A stretch of DNA of 64,000 nucleotides, taken from positions 11,904,001 to 11,968,000 of the forward strand of contig OZ210885.1 in NCBI GenBank assembly GCA_964658305.1, in the 5' to 3' direction. Source of the stretch: Leptogorgia sarmentosa. Taxonomy: Eukaryota. Made by a program: the position numbers and the translations under genes. Shown piece by piece: positions 14,201 to 26,200 of this stretch (position 1 is the stretch's first letter; each line of letters begins with the position of its first letter). Under the pieces are notes generated by a model that did not search any database, was not told the origin of the DNA, and saw only the letters and a program-made list of their open reading frames with translations.

Positions 14201-17200
14201 TAGCGCAACAAAAAACTTCGTTAGGACGATCAAAATTACAATTCTCTTTACATGTAATCAAGCGTGTTCTCAAATGTTGCCAAGCAGCAACACAGCTTTA
14301 TTCCTTTAGCTGAGCGAGAGCAAAAAACTCAAACGTTTTTTATGGATGTATTTTTAGTATATATGTATTTTTATTGTCTTTTTGTCAAACCAAAAAGTCG
14401 CGGGAGAAATTTAATAGCTAGATGCGTGCATTACGCTGTTATAATGCACGCTCATTAGCCAATCACGTTGCAGATTTTACCCTACTTATATTATAATGTA
14501 GAATAACCAAAAAATATGTTGAAATTTAAATTTGGAAAATCGAGGGATATGTGTCTTTTCCAACAAAAAATGTCTTGCGCACGAAATTTAAACGCTTAAA
14601 AGTCATTTTGAGTTGAGAAAACGGAAACTTTGTCGAGTTGTGTATTGCTTTTGAAAGTTTCAAGAACACTGGTTGAGTTTAAACCCTCGAAAACGTCGCA
14701 CAAACTTACGTTTTTTAGAATAATTAGCTTTTCGCATGCTTAATTTAGGCTTGCATACCTGTCTCTTGGTCTAAGACGCTGATTGAACCATCCATTAAAC
14801 CACAAATGGCCAGAGTACAGCCTGCAGCATTGGTCGTGGCTAATGAGGTTACGGACATATTAAACGTCTTTCGCGAAATCTCAGAGCCTCCGAGATCCAG
14901 ACACGAAGATTCCGGTAAAAGATAGCAGGTCTTCGTGCATGTTTCACGGAGTTGCTCTGATATCTTCTGTATCCACGGATACTCTTGATACGATTGCAGT
15001 CTACCTGGAAAATAAATATACACAACAGTCTTATGATATATCCTCGCAAAATCATAATATTAGGCCTACATATTATCGTTCTTGCCTTTGCAACTTATTG
15101 ATAGAAACTAGGGATCCAAGGATAGTGCAAAGTTTCTAAAGCCTAGGTCGAACGTCGAACTTTTCATGCGCTGAACCTAATGCAAATGAGCTCAAACAAA
15201 GAACTTGGCTCATTAACATTAGGTTCGGCACATGAAAAGTTCGACGTTTGACCTAGGCCTTAGAGGACATTAAAATCATATTTTTCAAAAGAAAACTAAG
15301 GAAACATTGTTGACGTGATACGAGAAAATAATCACTATTTTATTGTCTGGAAGCAACTGCCATCGCAGCAGCGCGCGTGTAAAGCAAATCAGATGAATCT
15401 CTGACCTCTGACCTTTTTGAAATTATATACACATCGTACTGGACAAATGATCTTAAAAGAGTTAAATCACAATGTGGCACGCTACTTCTGCGTCTTAATA
15501 AAATATCCGGTTTATTCACAGTATCAGGCCAACGTTAAATTTACTTTTGTATGCCTATATGTGGTTTAGTTCATTTAGTAACGAAAATTCTGTAAATCCC
15601 CGGTATTTTCGGGCAAACAAACAGCCCAAGCTTAGTGATGCCGTCGACCAGTGTTGTCGAGTCGGAGACAGCGAAAACAAACACGAAAGTTATAAATGCG
15701 AAAGCTCGCAAATATGTTGCCTATCATCAGCCAATTTAAAATATGTGACGAGTTCTACTGTGTTACACATTTTAGTTTGCCCGCAATGTCGGCCAACTAA
15801 ATTTTTAATATAAATACGCACGGCGGCTGTTAACAGTACTAAATTGTCCATGACAAATACAAGTTTTCTACTAATTCAAATCTCTAGATTCATTGCTGAT
15901 ATATAAAGAACATTTTAACTGCTTTATCAACGCATTCAGACATGTTGGCCACATTATATTATCATCACAGTCAGTGAATTACTGATTCACGGCCACACTC
16001 ATAGCGTCCGCCATATTGTGTAATTTCATTCCCCAGAAGTGCTGAGTTGCAATTTTTGCAAAAACTGAAATTCCGGAGGGGCGTCCGCCATTGTGTACTG
16101 TATTTCTGCGCTTCTTTGATCACATTTCACTTCTAACAAACTTTCATATCAATGAGAACAACTGCAAATAATGATGAGCAACGATATATAACTGCAATCG
16201 AATCATTTATGTTCAAACATTTCAAAGATATCAGTCAAATACCGAGTTGCGCATGTCAGGAGAATTTGGGACGCTCCCCTCGGAGTTTACACTATGAATG
16301 ACTGAATGACTACATGACTACATGACTGATGTGAATTTTCGCCACTCATCACAATACTGCAAAGTTTCTTTGAAACTTTGCACTAAAAAGTAAAACCTAG
16401 TCGCCCTTCCTAATTTACATTATATAATAAAATTACGATATTATTTCTTTGAAGAGTTTTAATTGGTTAAGAGCTGTGTATGAAATGGTTATATCCGTTC
16501 GCCAAAAAGGTATATGACATTTGGACATAATTTTCTCGTATATTGATAACTAACATACGACATTATTTTCTAAAATCTCGTGTATAATGGGAAATGTCTA
16601 TTATATTATTGAATTCGGCTCTCGTAGGACATGCGGAATTATCAGCTCTTTGCGTGTGCAGATAACACAAATCTCTGCTTCAATAATTGAACATTAATAG
16701 TAGACGAATTTTCAAAAACTTTCATTTCTAAGCGTCGTCGCGATTCATTGATTTTCACATAATGGGGCCATATAGGAAAATTCAGTTTGGGAATCGAGTA
16801 GATCTCGTGCGAATATCAGAGTTGGCATTTAAAAAATTCCTAATGTAAGACATACATAAATGGTCTCAGCCCGTTTATTTTCTTATAAACCAACGAGGAA
16901 TCTCAAACCGTCGAGTCGTTCTTCTCTGCAATCCATAATACCCTTTGAAGTATATTTCTACCGCACGATTGTTTCACGGAACTCAGACCCCGTCCACACT
17001 AGTGCGTTTTCGTTTGAAAACGCTGACATCGCCTGCTGAGCATGCTCTTTAGAGAAAAAAATGTGTGCCCGCATGCTCATCGGCTAATATAAATGCGAGT
17101 TTGTTTTGATCAAAACAGCACAGCTAAAACGCGCGCATTATTGGCTAATGTTAAAGTGTTACTGCAACGAATTTTTCGACCTCGTTTTTTTGCCTTAAAT

Positions 17201-20200
17201 AAATATTCAGGTCGAAAGATGAAATTTGGTGTATAGATGACTTTTGTACGTTCAGTGGAAGTAACTAAATTTCGCCTCCAAACTTCGATACCGGATGCGA
17301 CAAAAACAGCCGCCATTTTGTCACCTTGTGACGTCACAAGTGTAACACGTTTAGCGAAGCTACTAGTAAATTGTATTCTGTTAGAGCTATACTCTGTGTT
17401 TCTCGCGCTTTTTTGGCCGGAAAAAAATATCTTTTGAAACAAAACTTGACCATAGGCATTTTAAGACAATATATTCTGCTCATGTCGAGTAACGAGTCTG
17501 GCGGAGACCCGCAATCGTGTGAAAGTTCAAGTGAAACTGCATGACCCGGTGTCGGATGGCTGGTTAGTTCATGTCACATCGCACTGCTTTGCGTACGACG
17601 ACGAACCTATAGCAGAACCTGGGGAAACGATTTGTGTCCCAGAAGATCCAGATGGATAGTTGCCAGCAACTGTTGAACAAAGAAGCGACGGTAGAATAAC
17701 TCTGGATCAGTGATAAGTGAAGGTTCAAGACTGTTTAGACTTTAGCCTAATTAAAATAGCAGACGTAGGCTAAATTTGAATGTATATTTTATTGCTTTTA
17801 TTTAATATTCATCTGTAATGATATATTGTTAATTTTGGTATCAATATATTGATATCAGTATAATTATTGATTCCACATTGCCGTCTAAATATCTCAGAAC
17901 AAGTGTGTATGTAAAAGAGCCCAATTTTATATAGGCCCTTTCTTTTGGGCTTCCTTGCCTTCTATTTATTAAATTTGTAAATACTTAAGCTGTGGCAGAA
18001 TAAATTGATTTGATTTGATAAGGAAATTAGTCACAATTCATAGCAAGTTAATATTTAGCGATTTTGCTAACTCTAGATTCATATCATAGCACGAATCTTC
18101 GAAGTGAAGGCACGAGGTCGCCGTAACGTCAAAACCTGGGTTATGTTTACAGACAAATTTCACGCACTTATTCCGTCTCTGAGCATCTGTTTCTTCATTA
18201 AGGAATAGATGCATAGATACTCCTTCAGTTTTGCTATCATTGACGCAGCTAACTAAGTCAGGACCGCCAGCAACGCAGAGTTTTCCTCCGCGAGTAGCTT
18301 TACGTCTATTAGAAATATACGCCATGTTGACAATGTGTTACACTTGTGACGTCACACGGCATTAATATGGTGGTCGAAAATAGGGACATTTAGATATTCG
18401 TTTTTTGGCTGAAACGTCAAACCGCAAACGTGAACAAACCACGTGACTACATCCCAGCGGTTGCGTTTGCCGTATATTCTTGAGGTTTTCAACGACAGAA
18501 AAGGTTTTTCACGTTAGTCATTTCCCTCAAGCTTTTTATATCTATTTTGACGAATTATCTCGTGTAATTATAGTCTATTATTGTTGGTATACGTTTAGTC
18601 TTTAAATATAAATAATGACTGAGGTCGATTAAATCTTTTAAGCATGTTTATTTCTCGAATTTGAAGTGGTCACTAGAATAGCATGTATTCAAAATGGCTG
18701 CAATATATCGACAACTTATATATTAAAGTTGTATTGCATTTTATCAATAATATAACGAATATATTTTAACCACTTAAAATGTAGGAATAGTTTAACTATC
18801 TTTAAAGAATCTTGTTCTTTGGAATGCTATGTCAACAGAATTTTTTGAAAAAAACTGAAAAGTTCTAAAAACTAAATGCGAATGACGTGTTGTACGGCAA
18901 ACCGCTAACCGCAAACGACTAACCGCGGTTCGCGGTTAGCCGTTTGACGTCCAAGCCGGAAATCTAAAGGTCTCTAATGTCGCACGGAAGTAGCCAAAAA
19001 TCGCAACTTTGAAAGGCCATAAAATCCGTTTGAAAAGAGCAATTTTAATTCTGTTTGCGGTAAACATATTCGGAGAGTAAGTACTTTAAAATAAGCCAAT
19101 AAAAAAGGGGTCGAAAAATTCGTTGCAGTAACACTTTAAGCTTTTTATTCAACGTCTTTTGTCTTGTTTGTGCTCATTAAACAAACCAACTTTTCATGGG
19201 AATGTCTAGAAGGTTTCACGATCACGTTTTCTAGCATGTCTCAAATGTTTTATACATCATGACCTACTTTTGTAGATAAACGTTCACCTTTTATATTCGT
19301 ATTAAAATCATTGTTACTTAGCTGTAAACTATCATCGGATGTTGCTTTTGAACACTTTTGACACATTCCCAAGGTCATCTGCACTTTGATTCATACAAGT
19401 AAGCGTCTCAAAGGCGTAATTGTTTCATATATAATTTTTTCATAATTTCAGATAAGTCATAAGTTAGCATAGTTTCTCGATTACATAAGGCTCGCTGGCA
19501 AGTGAAGCGAGTGGCGATAACACGCTGGTTATTTCCTCGTCTTTTACTTTTAAAATCAGCTCACTGAAGAGTCAAGAGGTTTTCAGAAATGTCGTAAGGT
19601 TTGCTCTTCATTTTCTTCGATCGTATACGAACAACTCCTTGTGTGTTGGCACGAACTCATATAACGTTGTGCGACAGACACATTGATACGTATCGATCAG
19701 CCAGCTAATTATTTTCAATACATATGCAGCGCGTTGTGCACGTGTTCTGGTTTTATAATGATCTTTGGCAACTTACTCAACTGAGTGTATTTCCATATTT
19801 AGTGAGCCAATCATCTTGAATTACCCAAAGCATGCTTTACACGTGCTATACGAGGTACTGCGTCATGCGTTGACGCACGTAATGCGACGATTACATTTGC
19901 TGTGATCATGATTACAGCATTTACATTTTGTGGCCTTGTGGTAGTCAAACATTGCTAACCACTTCACTGATTGACGGCCCCACTCTAAGCGTTGGCCATG
20001 TTGTGTAGAAATTTTAATGCCCCGAATGAATGCTATGACATTGTGTACTCTAACTTGTGGGCTTCTTAGGTCACATTAGTGACATTACTCACCTAGCTTA
20101 CTTTTCTATTCATTAGAGTAACTGCAAATTTATAGCGATTTATAGCTACAATTGCATAATATTCGTAAGGATATCAGTCAATTATGGAGTTTGTACATGG

Positions 20201-23200
20201 CAAGATTTTGCGAAGCACCCCCATGCCCTCCCCCCCCCCGAGTTTGCACTATGAATGAATGACTGATGTGAATTTTCCCGACTCATCAAAATAATGCAAA
20301 ATTTCTTCGAAACTTTGCACTAAATAGTGAGGCAACTTAAACAAATCATAGAAGAATGAGATAAATTAAAGTCCAAGATTTTGGGAAGCACCCCCATGCC
20401 CCCCCCCCCCCCCTCCCGAGTTTACACTATGAATGAATGACTGATGTGAATTCTCCCCACTCATCAAAATAATGCAAAATTTCTTCGAAACTTTGCACTA
20501 AATAGTGAGGCAACTTAAACAAATCATAGAAGAATGAGATAATTTAGAGTTCATTATTTGAATTACCTAGGAGTTGAGGACAGATTGAATCTGGATTTTC
20601 GTTGATGACATCGGCAGAGAACATTAACGAGGATTTGAGAAGTTGGATTTCCTCCGATTCTGTGTCCACCAAACGAAAATCTGATATTACAGAGAATACG
20701 CTGACGTGTTTCACTTTTTGTTTGAGCCAGTGTAGATCAAACAGCAACTGGAGTAGTTCACCATGTCGTCCCGAAGAATAAATGTGATAGGGTAGGTACT
20801 TGAAATAATAGTCTCTTTGGCAGCAAGTTGAATTATCATTCCAATCACCATCCACGCACAGGGCACGAAGTGTCTTTACGAACTTATCCTGAACATCATT
20901 TAGTGTACCCATGTCTTGAAGTTTTGTCTGGGCAAAATCCAAAAGCAAGTCATGGACACGATAGCTTTTCTTTCCGTGGATTTCAGGCCCTGAAATTGGT
21001 CGAAATGTTAGGAAATTTGTACTAGAGACGGACAATTTTTGAAATCTCAAAATCGCCGTTGAGTAGTATAGAAAGAGTTGTGCTATCAGGTTTTCGTAAA
21101 TACGAAATGGCTTAGCCACAATAAGAATAATTACTGCCTATAGCGAGCCAAGAATAATGCAATATCTGTAAAAAGACACATAGACTTAAGGTAGTCCTTA
21201 ATCTAATTCCTAAAAAGCAAAGAATGTTTTTTAATTCACATGATTCGCCTTATTATTACAAAATATCAATAAAGAAATTACAATAGACACTACATGAAAA
21301 TAGAAGGCAGGGCTAACCCACAAACTCCAATAACGGGATCCTCCAATAAGTTATGTTCAGAACTAGTTGATACATTTACTAATAACATGAACTGGCTTTG
21401 ATTAATATTAAGCCCTGATCAAACGAGATGCAAGTCATCGCAAGTTTTAACTTCTGGGCCATGGAAACGAGGTAGCAAATGATTTGAAAAGTGTTGGATA
21501 AGCAGGCAATGGAGTCAAATTGTTTAAAAGACAAGAGTTATTTACGTATTATTCGCCTTAGATAACATTCTACCTTACGCCTTCTCCCTATATTTCTGTT
21601 AATGAAGTCTTAATGAGACCATTCATATCATTCAAAAGAATTCTAGACGGTTGTACTAGATGTCTATAGTTGGATGCAAGTATTACTCACATTCACTTCG
21701 TACTCTTCGTGTTTACATGCAAAATCGACTTGAAGCAATGAAAATACGCGGTTAAGACACGCACACGTTGTTCGGTTTGGATTTCCCGTCATTCCATGCA
21801 GGATGAAATCTTGATCCACTTTGCAACCTGTATTACTGGTTCACTGAATGTTGTAAATTTTCGGGACTAATGACAATACTGCAAAGTGAACTTCGCACTA
21901 AATATAAACATTTTTCGGTGGATTCCCAGATCAAAACTGTTATTATAAAACTATATATACCTTTTAGGATCAGCGACTTTCTCTCGAGCACAGCAAGTAT
22001 ATCTTTGTGTTTCTGAGGTTTGCGCGAAGTTTTTCCATTCTGGTTCTGTATCGAACACCACAGCAGCTCGAGTACATCTGACGGTATATCTGTATCCTCT
22101 GGAAATATAGCCAAATAAAGAAACATCTCGCGTACACTTTCGTCTAGGCGTTGGTAGCTCACATCAATGACTGCTAAGAGGTTATCATAAGGATAATCGA
22201 CTTTGGGAAATAATATACGAATTCTCCCCAGGTCAGCATTTTTAAGATCATCTAAAACATCCTCCCAGTCTTGTTCCGCACGAGTGTCTGTTAAATTTGA
22301 ACCCACCAGTGACAGAGCCAGCGGTAAACCTCGACACTGCTCTAACAGATCTGCAATAATTCGCCGTAAGTTTGGCGTTAACTGTTCGTCTGGACTTATC
22401 CCAGCGCTCTGATACAACAGCCCTAGGGATTTATCTTGTGGCATAATTACAAGTTCGTACTTGGTAATTCCCGAACCGCAGAGAACAGTAGCATCTCTAG
22501 TTGTTATTAATAATTGGCATTTACCAGATAAGCAATTGAATACAGCAGCGTCGTCCACCTTCCAAACATCATCAACAACAACCAAACAATCTTTATTAAT
22601 CTAAAAATGAGTTGAAAACTAGCTCAGAAACCGTATCTGTTAACTGCATTCAAAGGTTGGTAAAATTTACCACTCTTACTAGCCAAGGCCTTCAAAGGCT
22701 CGCTTGCAATTTTTTAGTGGCATTTTCTGGCCTTTCTGATATACGAGGCACATGTTCATGCATAGGTGGATTTATGACGAATGTTCTGATTTTATTATTT
22801 CTGAATTCCGCAACTGGTTTAGTCTTTCACCTCAATAATAAAACTCGCACTAGAAATCGGTGCAAAAATTGCAAGTGTAAAAGAGTCCCAGCTGCCATCA
22901 TCTCACCACCAATGCATGAGATGAATGAGGTTTTTTAACGAACTGAGAAAGTAGAGGTACTATTTATCATTTATAGACCCGGGGGCTACATATAATCGTC
23001 GAAATATTTCATGAAGACCTGATGGCTTTAGCCCAAGGGAAATATCATCACTGCATGAAGGAAATATTTCGACACATCAGTCGTATGCAAATATATATTG
23101 TTTTCGTTTAACAAGAATGCACGAGTTAAGAATTGTGCTTTATTTACAAATACTTACACGAACTGGCTGTACAACGCATGAGAAATTTTCAATACTGAAC

Positions 23201-26200
23201 AAGGCGAAGCCGGGTTAAAATGCTAAATTTATTTTAAAAATTAAAGACAAGTAATAAAGCTTACCGCCTGGGCAAGTGGTCGTGTGAAAGAAAAGACTCG
23301 GAAGAATTGCCAGTGCCACTATTATAGCTTTAACGTCCATCTAACATCAGACTTCTACATTTAACGTCGCTTTAATTTACGTTTACCAACGCTGTACCGG
23401 ATATATTTTTCTGTATTCGTGCAACTTGGCTATACGAGCTACATCCCATTAAAAATCGTCCCTATCTTGAAAATAGCCCTATCACATTTTCTCAAAAACA
23501 TCAAATATAGCACAGCATACATACCGTGTATTTTCTTAACCAAGATTGCGCTGCAACAATATCACTGAACGATACATCTCCACCAAGGACTCTGACGAGG
23601 GTGTTAATCAGTTTCAAGCGATCAGGTGTTTGACCAATGTCAAGCCAGACAACTTGACGAGATTTTGAGACTTCCCAGGCAACAGCTTGTGCTAACACCG
23701 TCTTACCGAGGCCTCCCATTCCACGGATACCAACGTCGCCACCATGACGTCCAACAACACCCACTTTATTTCCCTGCTTGAGTAACTCCAATATCTCGGT
23801 TACTTCTGATGGCCTTTCCACCATGTGAGCAGGTAGATTGCGTAATCCATACGGAACTAGAATATCGATTAAAAAATATAGATGATAATTTTGAAATCAC
23901 TCTGCTGCACGCTTCAAATAATTGTGCATACCAGAATGCATATTTGTATAATTTCAACTTTGAACATTAATTTCGTTCAATATTTTACGTCGCCCTGGCA
24001 TGAAAATCTCCTGCTACAGTTTGCAGTGTATTGTTACTGAAGTGAGTCTAAACTTTATTTAAACTTTACCAAGAAAAGCAATTTGTAGTGTGCTTTACAA
24101 TTATTGATGAGAAGTTTCTACGTTGTGGCGGTTCCTATTTGGTCGTTTATGCGTGCGCGCGCAGAAGGTGCTAATTGGTACAGTCTTTCCTCACCACCTG
24201 TACTGCAGGGTGAGAGAACTTGGAGTACGGTATGATTTTGAAGTGCTGTCCACTGAGTGCAGTGGTGATATAAAGATATGTAATATCAAACTACCATTCC
24301 TAATCATCGAGGTCACTCGTGCATACTATATCGAAATTGCATTCGAAACCATGCCAATATGTACCTATACAAATAAGAATTAGACATTCTAGGGTATGAT
24401 TCGGCTTCTGGACAGCCGACTTTCATTGTATATATCGCGCTATAAACATCATTTACAGCATGGATTTTTAGAAAGTAGTACAAACGAACAGTGACATCTC
24501 GGCAATCAGAGCCTCTAAAGTAACAGAAGTGGCAACCAGCAAGCTGGCCAGTCTCTTCATACAAGTCACATAATTTTGCCGACAGAACACTTTTCCTAAC
24601 GCCGGGACCTCCATTTAGGATCATAACTCTCGATTTCGTATCGCGAAGCCATTTTTCAAAGTCGTCAAAGAACCATTGTCTGGTCCCTTCTTGAAATTTT
24701 CGAATAAGCTAGTCAATCTTTCCATTAAATACAAATTTAGTTAATTTTTCAGAAGATTTTTCTACCACATTTCGCAACTTGACAACTTGGCTTTCAACAT
24801 TGACTGCTGAATCTCCTATTAATGAAGCATTTTAGGACATAAATCAAAAGAAGCATTTAACTACTATCAGCAACATTTAAGCATTCATGTCGCAATTGAG
24901 CTGCATCAACTTTTCACGAGCGTTTTTTATTTGGTTGTGACCTACGCAGTTAACCCGCCCAACATTAAAATTCATTTTTAGTGATGATGAGTGCGACAGC
25001 GCGTACTGCACTGCCAATGCTTTCGGATTCCCACTAAATCTGGGAAGTGTTAGAAGACATATTGCATTCCTGTTGCCGTTTACTCTAACGAGATATTTTC
25101 CTACAAGAAATTCTTAGAAAAAGAACGTTGAAGACCGGGAAGGTTCGTGGGGGACAAATTTTGAAAATTGAATGGCTGGCTGACAGTGTGTAAATTTTTT
25201 CTGCATAATATATTTTGCATAAATAGTTTCCATCTTTCCTAGTTAATTGAAACACTACCTTTTCTCTCTGCAAAATCTGAATGCTCCGTCCTCGGCTTTT
25301 TCTGACGACATTCGATTTCATCTGTTTTCTCCGCCAGACGTTTAAGCTCCATTGAATGATGTTCAAATTTCTCTGCTGCAGACCTTTCAACCTCTTTAAT
25401 TTTGCGAAGCAGTGTGGATTGTATGTTATCGAGTTTCTCCATCACTGGATTTATCTGAATAGATAAAATTGATTTAGTAAATTCAATTTACGGGCTGAAA
25501 CAAATTTGAAATCACCCTCAACTTCACAAAGCGGGTTAAGGTGTGTGATGTAATAATAGTTATAATCTGACGTTATTAGTATAGGTAATTGTATGGTTTC
25601 GAGTGCAATTTGGAAAAAACATTCACGAGCGAGTTTTTCTCGTTTTGTTCGGCCGCTAATATACGAAGTTGTTTCGCTTGTCCACCGAGCACTTGCTTGA
25701 ACGAAGAGAAATCTCTGTCTCGTATTATAAAAAGGTTGTCATCATCGACTGCTGTTAATATCACTTTTAAGCTGTCAGCTTCATATTCATCGACGTTTCT
25801 TTTTTTAATTCGCAGTTTTCGTTCAGCATAAAAACAATCGAGCAAAATATCTAATCTAACACCTCTTGCGGAATATTTTGTATCTCGCGCTGTATTTCCT
25901 TTTCAATGCACCATTTTCTCCGCACAATCAACCAAATGACTAGATATCTTTGGTGGTATTTTCATTTTTCGAACTATTTTTAAGCCCTTATATCATTTGT
26001 CTGTTCCTAAAAGAATCTACCCAAAGAGGCAGCCATTTTTTCATCCTCGAATAATTTCATATTTTGTTATTGTTCGCCAGAAATGGCTTAATCTGATTGG
26101 CTAGCTTTGTAATCTCAGCAAATCAGAAGGCATAAACATCTGAAGAAATTTGCACTGAATTTCTTTTTTTTTGCACTGAATTTCCTTTTTGCCACTGTAT